Of a DNA stretch of 64,000 bases, positions 9,400 through 16,954 are shown piece after piece. The DNA is from an uncultured Bacteroidia bacterium (GTDB lineage Bacteria; Bacteroidota; Bacteroidia; Bacteroidales; UBA932): contig CACYZM010000001.1 in the NCBI GenBank assembly GCA_902778855.1, positions 5,838-69,837 on the forward strand. Reading direction: 5' to 3'. Under the pieces are notes generated by a model that was not told the DNA's origin, did no database searches, and saw only the letters and a list, made by a program, of their open reading frames with translations. Within the stretch, counting starts at the first letter, position 1; the number at the start of each line of letters is the position of its first letter. The translations under genes were made by a program, and so were the position numbers.

Positions 9400-11421
9400 T
9401 TATTCCAATCCCTTCTCCAGGAAGGTCACATATTCGTCCACGTCGAGATTGTAGCTGCGGGCCGGCACTTTGTTCTTTTCAGTGACCGGATCGAGGATCA
9501 CATAGTAGGGCTGGGCATTCACGTGATAACGCTTCATCATAAAGTATGAGTTGATCTTGCCCAGGCTCTTGAGCACCTTGCCGTCCTCGGTCGTGACCCA
9601 GTCTTTCTCGTCGAGCACTTTCTTGTCGTCACCGAAGAGCGAGCAGACCACATAGTCGTTCTTCATCATCTTCAGGACGCGGGGATCACTCCAGACGCGC
9701 GACTCCATTTCCCGGCAGTTCACGCAGCCGTGGCCGGTGAAGTCGAGCAGGACGGGCTTGCCGACCTTGGCGGCGTAGGCGCGGGCTTCCTCATAGTCGA
9801 AGAAGGCGGGAATGTCATAGGGCATATGCAGGAAATCGGCATATTTGCGGTGGGTCGGGATTCCGTTTTCGTCTTCCTGCGGCGTCTGGCCGACCACATA
9901 GGTTGTCCCGCCCCCGCCATGTTGGTTCGGGTCCAGCACGAAGTCCTGCGTGGTGATGGGCGGCAGATAGCCCGAGAGGGCCTTCAGCGGCGCACCCCAC
10001 ATACCCGGAATCATATAGACGACAAAGGTGAATACCACGATGACCAGGATCAGGCGGAAGACGCTCAGATGTTCGACCGGCGAGTCGTAGGCGAAACGGA
10101 TCTTGCCCAGCAGGTAGAGGCCCAGGAGGAAGAACACCACGATCCAGATGGCCAGATAGACCTCACGGTCGAGCAGGCCCCAGTGGTAGGTCTGGTCGGC
10201 AACGCTCAGGAACTTGAAGCCCAGCGCCACCTCGACGAAACCGAGCACCACCTTCACGCTGTTGAGCCAGCCGCCGCTCTTCGGGAGTTTGTCGAGCAGG
10301 CTCGGGGCGAAGGCCAGGAGCGTGAACGGCAGGGCGAAGGCGATCGAAAAGGCCAGCATCGTGATGATCGGCTCCCAGAACTGGCCCTGGGTACTCTTGA
10401 TCAGCACCGAGCCCACGATCGGACCCGTGCAGGAGAACGACACCAGCACGAGGGTCAGCGCGACGAAGAAGACGCCGCCCAGGCCGCCCTTGTTGGATTT
10501 CGCATCCGACTTGTTGAGCCAGGAACTCGGCAGCGTGATTTCGAAAGCGCCGAAGAACGAGGCCGCGAAGAGCATGAAGATCAGGAAGAAGATGATATTC
10601 GGAAGCCAGTGCGTGGCCAGCCAGTTGAAGATGTCGGCCGTCACGGCTTCGCCGCCGGCGAAGTACGTGATCAGAATGATGACGGCGATGGGGATGGTAT
10701 AGAGACCTACGATCGAGAGGCCGAAGATCGTGGCGAGCCACTTGCCGCGGCCTTTCTTCTTCTCCTCCCCTTCCGCGACCTGGTTCTGCTTCAGGAAGAA
10801 GCTGACGGTCATCGGAATCATCGGGAACACGCAAGGCGTCAGGAGCGCCACGAAACCCCAGGCGATGGCCTCGAGGATCAGGCCCCAGATGGACTTGCCT
10901 TCACCGGGCGCGGTCGCATTCGGATCCGGTTCGGGTTCCGCCGGTGCGAGAACCGGGAGGCCGGCGCCGCCCGGCAGGGTCACATCGACCGTGAAATCAT
11001 CCGGCGGAATGCAGTTCTCGTCGTTGCAGGCCTGCCATTCCACCGTCACGGGAACCGTGACTTCATTTCCCTGGAGAAGTTCCACCTTCTGGCAGATGAC
11101 CACCGGGCTGACGCAGGTGCCGATCTCGATGCCGAAGACATCGTCGAAACCTTTGTGTACCTCGGAAGCGATGTACGGGTCGCCGAGCAGTTTCACCTTG
11201 TCGCCGGCGTCGACCGTGAAGATCGTGCCGTTGGGGCCGCTGGAGCCGTAGTCGGTCAGGTCGTAGATGTGCCAGTTGCCGGCGATCGTGCCGGTCGCGC
11301 GGATCTCATAGGTGTTGCCTTCCACCTGGACGGCTTCGGCCTTCCAGGAGACGGGCTGCTGTTGCGCAAAAGCGGGAACAGCAAGCAGCAGGGTCAGGAT
11401 CAGAAGTCTGAAGGATCTCAT
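9400..11421 (-). CDS. dsbD: thiol:disulfide interchange protein DsbD (nDsbD + CcdA-like membrane core + C-terminal thioredoxin)
   Basis: N-terminal WQACNDENCIPP, multiple TM helices with the LTPCVFPMIP motif, and C-terminal FTGHGCVNCREME. The track start at 11451 is TTG; the ATG at 11419-11421 gives MRSFRLLILTLLLAVPAFA. Confidence 0.85.
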   Translation of the reverse strand: MRSFRLLILTLLLAVPAFAQQQPVSWKAEAVQVEGNTYEIRATGTIAGNWHIYDLTDYGSSGPNGTIFTVDAGDKVKLLGDPYIASEVHKGFDDVFGIEIGTCVSPVVICQKVELLQGNEVTVPVTVEWQACNDENCIPPDDFTVDVTLPGGAGLPVLAPAEPEPDPNATAPGEGKSIWGLILEAIAWGFVALLTPCVFPMIPMTVSFFLKQNQVAEGEEKKKGRGKWLATIFGLSIVGLYTIPIAVIILITYFAGGEAVTADIFNWLATHWLPNIIFFLIFMLFAASFFGAFEITLPSSWLNKSDAKSNKGGLGGVFFVALTLVLVSFSCTGPIVGSVLIKSTQGQFWEPIITMLAFSIAFALPFTLLAFAPSLLDKLPKSGGWLNSVKVVLGFVEVALGFKFLSVADQTYHWGLLDREVYLAIWIVVFFLLGLYLLGKIRFAYDSPVEHLSVFRLILVIVVFTFVVYMIPGMWGAPLKALSGYLPPITTQDFVLDPNQHGGGGTTYVVGQTPQEDENGIPTHRKYADFLHMPYDIPAFFDYEEARAYAAKVGKPVLLDFTGHGCVNCREMESRVWSDPRVLKMMKNDYVVCSLFGDDKKVLDEKDWVTTEDGKVLKSLGKINSYFMMKRYHVNAQPYYVILDPVTEKNKVPARSYNLDVDEYVTFLEKGLE

Positions 11422-11456
11422 GTATTGATTTGCTTTTGTTTTTCCGAACAATCTAT

Positions 11457-11464
11457 CAAATATA
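11457..11464 (-). promoter_or_regulatory. Bacteroidota -7 promoter box (TATATTTG) for dsbD
   Basis: The minus strand reads TATATTTG, matching the TAnnTTTG consensus, ~35 nt upstream of the dsbD ATG. Confidence 0.4.
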
Positions 11465-11522
11465 CAAATAATCGGCGGTTCCCCCTTTTTTTGTTTGCGA
11501 ATAATTGTCGTATCTTTACCTT

Positions 11523-12293
11523 ATGAATCATTTTTCCGTCTTCCTGCTCCTTTTTGTCTGCCTGGTGATCCCGCCGTTGGCGACGGCTCAGGAACACCGT
11601 TCCTATGATTGCTATCGCACCACCGGCCCGATCAGGATCGACGGGAAACTGAATGAGGCGGACTGGCAGGCGGCGCCCCTGTCCGAAGCTTTCGTGGATA
11701 TCCGCGGCATCGACTATCAGCCGGCGCCCGCCCAGGACACCTGGATGAAGATGCTTTGGGACGACGAGTGCCTGTATATCGCCGGCATCCTCCGGGAAAC
11801 CGATGTCACGGCTTCGCTCACCCAGCGCGACGCCATCATCTACCGCGACAACGACTTTGAGGTCTTCATCGACCCCGAGGGCGACGGCAAAGCCTACTTC
11901 GAGTTCGAGTGCAACGCCTTCGGCACCCTGATGGACCTGCTGATGGACCGGCCCTATTTCCGCGGCGGCAGTTTCTTCCTCCCCTGGGACTGCCGGGGCG
12001 TCCGCCTGAAAGTCCACGTGGACGGGAAGATCAACGACAACCGGCGGCCCGATCTGGGCTGGACCGTGGAGATGGCCATCCCCTTCGCCTCCCTCGCCTA
12101 CGGCTCCGCCAATCCTAAGTCTTTCCCGGTGTGGCGGATCAACTTCTCCCGCGTGCAGTGGGTGGTCAAGGAGGGCCCCGAAGAAAACTGGGTATGGAAT
12201 CCCACCGGCAAAGTGAACATGCACATGCCGGAAAACTGGGGTTACCTGAAACTCATCGACGAACCTGTCCGCGCAGCCGCTGCAAGCCGGTAA
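11523..12293 (+). CDS. carbohydrate-binding family 9 (CBM9/DOMON-like) protein
   Basis: Signal peptide, then YRTTGPIRIDGKLNEADWQAAP...WDDECLYIAG...DNDFEVFIDPEGDGKAYFEFECNAFGT, typical of CBM9-like proteins. The track start is TTG; ATG at 11523. Confidence 0.7.
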   Translation: MNHFSVFLLLFVCLVIPPLATAQEHRSYDCYRTTGPIRIDGKLNEADWQAAPLSEAFVDIRGIDYQPAPAQDTWMKMLWDDECLYIAGILRETDVTASLTQRDAIIYRDNDFEVFIDPEGDGKAYFEFECNAFGTLMDLLMDRPYFRGGSFFLPWDCRGVRLKVHVDGKINDNRRPDLGWTVEMAIPFASLAYGSANPKSFPVWRINFSRVQWVVKEGPEENWVWNPTGKVNMHMPENWGYLKLIDEPVRAAAASR

Positions 12294-13482
12294 CGATGCG
12301 GTCGAGACCTTCCTGCAGGCGGGCGGAAGGACAAGCCAGATTGATGCGGATGAAGCCGTCTGCGCCGTACAGCGAACCGGCGTTGATCCAGACCTGCTCC
12401 CCCCGGAGCAGTTCGGCTTCAATCTCTTCCGAAGAGAGCGGCAGGACCGAAGTATCGATCCAGGCCAGATAAGTGGCTTCCAGCGCGGCCACCGGGAACT
12501 CCGGCAGCGCGCTGCGGAACCGGTCGCACAGCATTTCGTAGTTCTTCCAGATGACTTCGTTCAGCGCCGCGAGCCAGCGGGCGCCCTCTTCTGAGTAGGC
12601 GGCCTCCAGCGCGACGGGGCCGAAGGGATTGACGTCGCAGATTTCGTTGATGTTGATGGCCTTGTCGATCTTCTCCCGCCATTCGGGGCGCTCACAGATG
12701 ATATTGGCGATCTGCAGGCCCGCGGTATTGAAACTCTTCGAGGGCGAGCCGAGCGTCACGGAATCGCGGCAGTAATCACCGCCAAGCGAAGCGTACGGCG
12801 TATAGGCCGTTCCGGGCGCGACGATTTCGCAATGGATTTCGTCGGAGACGACAATCACGCCGTGGCGCCGGGCGATATCGCCGGCGCGGCGGAGTTCCTC
12901 CGCCGTCCAGCGGCGGCCGGCCGGGTTGTGGGGATTGCACAGCAGCAGGATCCGATTCGCCGGATCGGCACAGGCCGCATCCAGCACATCAAAGTCCATC
13001 GCATAGGTGAAACGGCCGTCAGGCAGGTCGCGGCGCGAGAGCGGGGCGGGCATGATGCGGCAGCCATTGTTGCGGATCGACGAGAAGAAGCAGTTGTAGA
13101 CCGGCGTCTGGACGATCACGCCCTCGCCGGGCGCAGCCAGCGCCTTGATGACGGCCGACAGCGCCGGCACCACGCCGGTGGTGTACTGGATCCAATCGCG
13201 CTGCAGGGCCAGGCCGTGCCGCTGCCCGAACCAGCGGATGACCGATTCATAGTAGGAATCCGGCACGCGCGTATAGCCGAAGACTCCGTGCTCCACGCGC
13301 TGGCGCAGCGCGTCGCGAATGCAGGGCGCCGCCTGGAAATCCATATCCGCCACCCAGAGCGGAATGACGCGGTCGCGCTGCGCCGGCGTCAGGACGACGC
13401 CCTCCGGCAGGTCCGCATCCCATTTGTAGCTGCCGCTGTCGCGGCGGTTGACGGGCGTTTCGAAATCGAAAGAAGCTTTCAT
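12253..13482 (-). CDS. patB: PatB/MalY-family PLP-dependent C-S lyase (cystathionine beta-lyase type)
   Basis: N-terminus FDFETPVNRRDSGSYKWD plus class I/II aminotransferase features (SPSKSFNTAGL). The 409-aa length fits the family. Confidence 0.8.
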   Translation of the reverse strand: MKASFDFETPVNRRDSGSYKWDADLPEGVVLTPAQRDRVIPLWVADMDFQAAPCIRDALRQRVEHGVFGYTRVPDSYYESVIRWFGQRHGLALQRDWIQYTTGVVPALSAVIKALAAPGEGVIVQTPVYNCFFSSIRNNGCRIMPAPLSRRDLPDGRFTYAMDFDVLDAACADPANRILLLCNPHNPAGRRWTAEELRRAGDIARRHGVIVVSDEIHCEIVAPGTAYTPYASLGGDYCRDSVTLGSPSKSFNTAGLQIANIICERPEWREKIDKAININEICDVNPFGPVALEAAYSEEGARWLAALNEVIWKNYEMLCDRFRSALPEFPVAALEATYLAWIDTSVLPLSSEEIEAELLRGEQVWINAGSLYGADGFIRINLACPSARLQEGLDRIVTGLQRLRGQVRR

Positions 13483-13495
13483 GGCCGCAGGCTGG

Positions 13496-14341
13496 CTACT
13501 GACGAACCGTAATCACGCAGTTGGCCGGCTGACGGATGTTCTCGTCAAGCGTGACGCTGCCGATGCTGTCGGCCACGATATGGCCGGAGGTCGGATTCTT
13601 GATATTCTCGATATGGCCGCGGATGTCGGCCTCCACAGTCGAATACTCGAAGACCCGGTCGCAGGCCGCATCGAACGTACAGTTTTCCAGCACGAGGTCC
13701 TTCGCATAGCACAGCAGCTGCTCGCCGCTCAGCTTGCAGTTCACCAGCCGCACGTTTTTCGAATGCCAGGCCAGATACTCGCCGTTCAGTTCGGAATCAT
13801 AGATCGTGATGTTCTCGCACTCCCAGAAGGAGTCCTTGGTCGTGATCTTCGCGTTGCGGACCACCACGTCCTTGCAGTACTGGAACACGTACTTGGCGTC
13901 GCTCACCAGCCCGTCCACCTCGATATTGCGGGAGAACATAAAGGGATAGGTGCCGCCGCGCAGCTCCACGTCCTTGATCTTCAGGCCGTCCACTTTCCAG
14001 AAGGTCTCGTCGGCGTCGGTGATGAGCACGCGCTCGAGCGTGACGTTCTTCATCTCGCGGAAGAATTTCGGGCCGTCGATGGTGCAGTCGCGCATCACCA
14101 GGTCGTTGGTGTACCAGATGGCGGAGCGGGAGCCCGGCGCGAAATAGCAGTTCGTAATCAGGCAGCGGTCGACGTGCCACCAGGGATACTTGCCGTAAAA
14201 CTTGCAGCCGTCGGCTTCGATGTCGCTGCAATGCTTGATACCCGATTCGCCGTCGACGATGGTGATGTTCTCCAGGCGTGCGCCGTGGACCTCGAACAGC
14301 GGCCGTTCGCCGCCGAATTCTTGATTCTTAATGACTTTCAT
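13496..14341 (-). CDS. DUF3737-family protein (parallel beta-helix repeat)
   Basis: MKVIKNQEFGGERPLFEVHGARLENI... with repeated N/D-C/V-x-I motifs, as in the DUF3737 family as I remember it. It overlaps the upstream MATE gene by 14 nt. Confidence 0.65.
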   Translation of the reverse strand: MKVIKNQEFGGERPLFEVHGARLENITIVDGESGIKHCSDIEADGCKFYGKYPWWHVDRCLITNCYFAPGSRSAIWYTNDLVMRDCTIDGPKFFREMKNVTLERVLITDADETFWKVDGLKIKDVELRGGTYPFMFSRNIEVDGLVSDAKYVFQYCKDVVVRNAKITTKDSFWECENITIYDSELNGEYLAWHSKNVRLVNCKLSGEQLLCYAKDLVLENCTFDAACDRVFEYSTVEADIRGHIENIKNPTSGHIVADSIGSVTLDENIRQPANCVITVRQ

Positions 14342-15773
14342 ATGGTATTTCGGTTTTTGTCAGATTATGCTCCATCCAACGGTTCCCGTGAACCCGGAGG
14401 AGATAGAAGAGACCGCGGACATTCAGTTCGATGCACATCGCGATCCAGTAGCCCATCAGGCCCAGGCGCGGGGTAAGCACCAGCGCCAGCCCGATGCGGA
14501 CGATCCAGACACTGATGAGGTTCAGGGCCGCCGGGACTTTTGTGTCGCCGGCACCCACGAGGGCGCCGTTGGCTACGATGGCGGCCGCGTAGCCGGCCTC
14601 GGCGAACGCTTCGAGGCGCAGGCAGCGGGCACCGAGCGCCACGACGTCGGGATCGGCGCTCAGCAGCCGCATAATGGGAGCGGCCAGGAAGAACATCACC
14701 ACGGCCAGGGCGACCATGATTCCGATGCCCAGCGCGAGGGTCACCCGCGAGAAAGCGCGGGCCAGATCCTTCCGTTCCGCACCCAGACTCTGTCCGACCA
14801 GGGTCGTGGCGGCGTCGCCCATACCGTAGCCGGGCATATAGCAGAAACTCTCTGCGATGATGGCGAAGGAATTCGCCGCAATGGAAACAGCCCCGAGCGG
14901 CGCGACGATGAGCGTGCTCATCACATAGGCGCCCCGCATCACGAGGTTCTGCAGCCACATCGGACCGGTGATGCCGAAAGCCTTTTTCAGGCAGTCGCGC
15001 TGCGGGCGGAAAGAGCCCGGCTCGCCGGCGATGGCCAGGTTCCGGTTGCGGACCAGCAGGAAATACAGGATGAGGATCGCGACGATGGTTTCCGCCAACC
15101 CTGTGCCCAGCGCGGCGCCGCGGACGCCCATCCCGGCGCCCGGCAACGTGATGTCGGCGCCGAACAGCCGGACCTCCCGGGTAGGGAAAATCAGCAGGAA
15201 ATTGAAAATCACGTCGAGTACGCACATCAGGATGTTGAGCAGGCTGGGCAGTTTCATCTCGCCGCTGCACTGCAGCATCGTGCTGGCGAAAAAGCCGAGC
15301 TGCATCATCGGCAGGAAGCAGGCGTAAATGCGGAAATAGGCGGTCCCGTCGGCGCGGATGGCCTCTTCCCCGCCCAGCCAGTGCGGCAGCGGGCCGGCGA
15401 TGCCGATGGCGATCAGCGAAAGCGCCAGGGAAAACAGGGCGACGGACACAATGCCTTGCCGGAGTACCTGCCGGGCGCCAAAAAAGTCGCCGGCTCCGAT
15501 GCGGTGGGCGACCTGGACGGAGAAACCCTGGGCCAACGCGATACAGAAGCCGTTGCAAAGCCACGTGCTGGTCGAAACCAGGCCGATCGAAGCCGAAGGC
15601 CCGGCGCCCAGGCTGCCGACCATCGACGCATCGATGAACTGCAGCAGTACCGATGCCAGCTGGGCGAGGATCGCAGGACCGCTGAGCAGCAGCGTGAGCC
15701 GCACACGGTCGCGGAGCGCCAACGGCGCCCCGATGCGGATGTCGTTCAGCAGAACATCTTTGGTGGCTGACAT
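14328..15773 (-). CDS. MATE-family efflux transporter
   Basis: 481 aa with ~12 predicted TM helices. The N-terminus LSGPAILAQLASVLLQFIDASMVG is typical of MATE transporters. Confidence 0.85.
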   Translation of the reverse strand: MSATKDVLLNDIRIGAPLALRDRVRLTLLLSGPAILAQLASVLLQFIDASMVGSLGAGPSASIGLVSTSTWLCNGFCIALAQGFSVQVAHRIGAGDFFGARQVLRQGIVSVALFSLALSLIAIGIAGPLPHWLGGEEAIRADGTAYFRIYACFLPMMQLGFFASTMLQCSGEMKLPSLLNILMCVLDVIFNFLLIFPTREVRLFGADITLPGAGMGVRGAALGTGLAETIVAILILYFLLVRNRNLAIAGEPGSFRPQRDCLKKAFGITGPMWLQNLVMRGAYVMSTLIVAPLGAVSIAANSFAIIAESFCYMPGYGMGDAATTLVGQSLGAERKDLARAFSRVTLALGIGIMVALAVVMFFLAAPIMRLLSADPDVVALGARCLRLEAFAEAGYAAAIVANGALVGAGDTKVPAALNLISVWIVRIGLALVLTPRLGLMGYWIAMCIELNVRGLFYLLRVHGNRWMEHNLTKTEIPYESH

Positions 15774-15782
15774 ATGCAGGCG

Positions 15783-16790
15783 TTATCCCTGCAAAGATAG
15801 GAACTTTTTCCGAAGGAGGACTTCGGCGATCTGGACGGCGTTGGTGGCGGCGCCTTTGCGGAGATTGTCGGCCACGCACCAGAAGTTCAGGCCACTGGGA
15901 ACCGTGGAATCGCGGCGGATACGGCCGACGAAGACTTCGTCGCGGCCTTCGGCATAGAGCGGCATGGGATAGACGTTGCGGGCGGGATCGTCCTGTACGA
16001 CGACGCCCGGCGTTTCCGCCAGCAAGCGACGGACTTCTTCCAGTTCAAACGGCTTCTCAAATTCCACGTTCACCGACTCGCTGTGGCCGCCGCGGACGGG
16101 AACGCGTACGGTCGTGGCACTCACGGCGATGGCGGGATCGAGGATCTTGTGGGTCTCATTGACCATCTTCATCTCCTCCTTCGTGTAGCCGTTGTCCAGG
16201 AAACTGTCGATGTGCGGCAGGATGTTGCCGTCGATGGGATAGGGATATACGGCCGGGTATTCGCCCCAGGCCTTCCCTTCCCGTTCGGCGGCCATCTGGA
16301 CCACGGCCTTCTGGCCGGTTCCGGTAATGCTCTGGTAGGTCGAGACGACGACGCGTTTGATGGTGAAGGCCCTGTGGAGCGGCGCCAGCGGCAGCAGCAT
16401 CTGGATGGTGGAACAGTTGGGGTTGGCGATGATCCGGTCGTCGGCCGTCAGGACGTCGGCATTGATTTCGGGAACGACAAGCTTTTTGTCGGGGTCCATC
16501 CGCCAGCAGGAGGAGTTGTCGACGACGCGGCAGCCGGCGGCGGCGAAGCGGGGCGCCAGCTCCCGCGAAGCCGCGGCTCCGGCGGAGAAGATCGCCAGCG
16601 CCGGCCGGCGGGCAATCGCTTCGTTGGCACTTACGACGGTATAGGGCTGGCCGCGGAAAACGACGGTCTTTCCGACCGACCGCTCGGAAGCGACCGGGAT
16701 GAATTCATCGACAGGGAACTGCCTCTCTTCGAGGACTTGGATCATGCGGGTGCCCACCAGTCCGGTGGCGCCTACAATGGCTACTTTCAT
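15783..16790 (-). CDS. asd: aspartate-semialdehyde dehydrogenase
   Basis: MKVAIVGATGLVG NAD-binding motif, active-site region NPNCSTI, and a 335-aa length. Confidence 0.9.
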   Translation of the reverse strand: MKVAIVGATGLVGTRMIQVLEERQFPVDEFIPVASERSVGKTVVFRGQPYTVVSANEAIARRPALAIFSAGAAASRELAPRFAAAGCRVVDNSSCWRMDPDKKLVVPEINADVLTADDRIIANPNCSTIQMLLPLAPLHRAFTIKRVVVSTYQSITGTGQKAVVQMAAEREGKAWGEYPAVYPYPIDGNILPHIDSFLDNGYTKEEMKMVNETHKILDPAIAVSATTVRVPVRGGHSESVNVEFEKPFELEEVRRLLAETPGVVVQDDPARNVYPMPLYAEGRDEVFVGRIRRDSTVPSGLNFWCVADNLRKGAATNAVQIAEVLLRKKFLSLQG

Positions 16791-16816
16791 TGTTGTACGT
16801 ACGATATTAGTTATTC

Positions 16817-16938
16817 CTTTTGCGCTGCAACGGACGCACCTGATTTACAGTTGTTTATAGGAAGTGATCCCCCTCGGAATCAGAGGGATCAGGTTACATA
16901 AGTCACTGATTGACAAGTGTGTACATTGCAGCAAAAAG
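16817..16938. repeat. ~120-bp imperfect palindromic element (family 'CTGCAATGTA', copy 1) between thrA and asd
   Basis: The ends CTTTTGCGCTGCAA (16817-) and TACATTGCAGCAAAAAG (-16938) are inverted copies. The central hairpin GATCCCCCTC/GAGGGATC lies at 16866-16890. A second copy lies at 40457-40575. Confidence 0.55.
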
Positions 16939-16954
16939 ATGGGAGGACAGTCGG

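Noticed and set aside
11511-11518. TATCTTTA as the promoter box for the CBM9-like gene
   Set aside because: It is an imperfect match (final A instead of G) and ends only 4 nt before the ATG. It would work only for a leaderless mRNA, so it is not reported as a feature.
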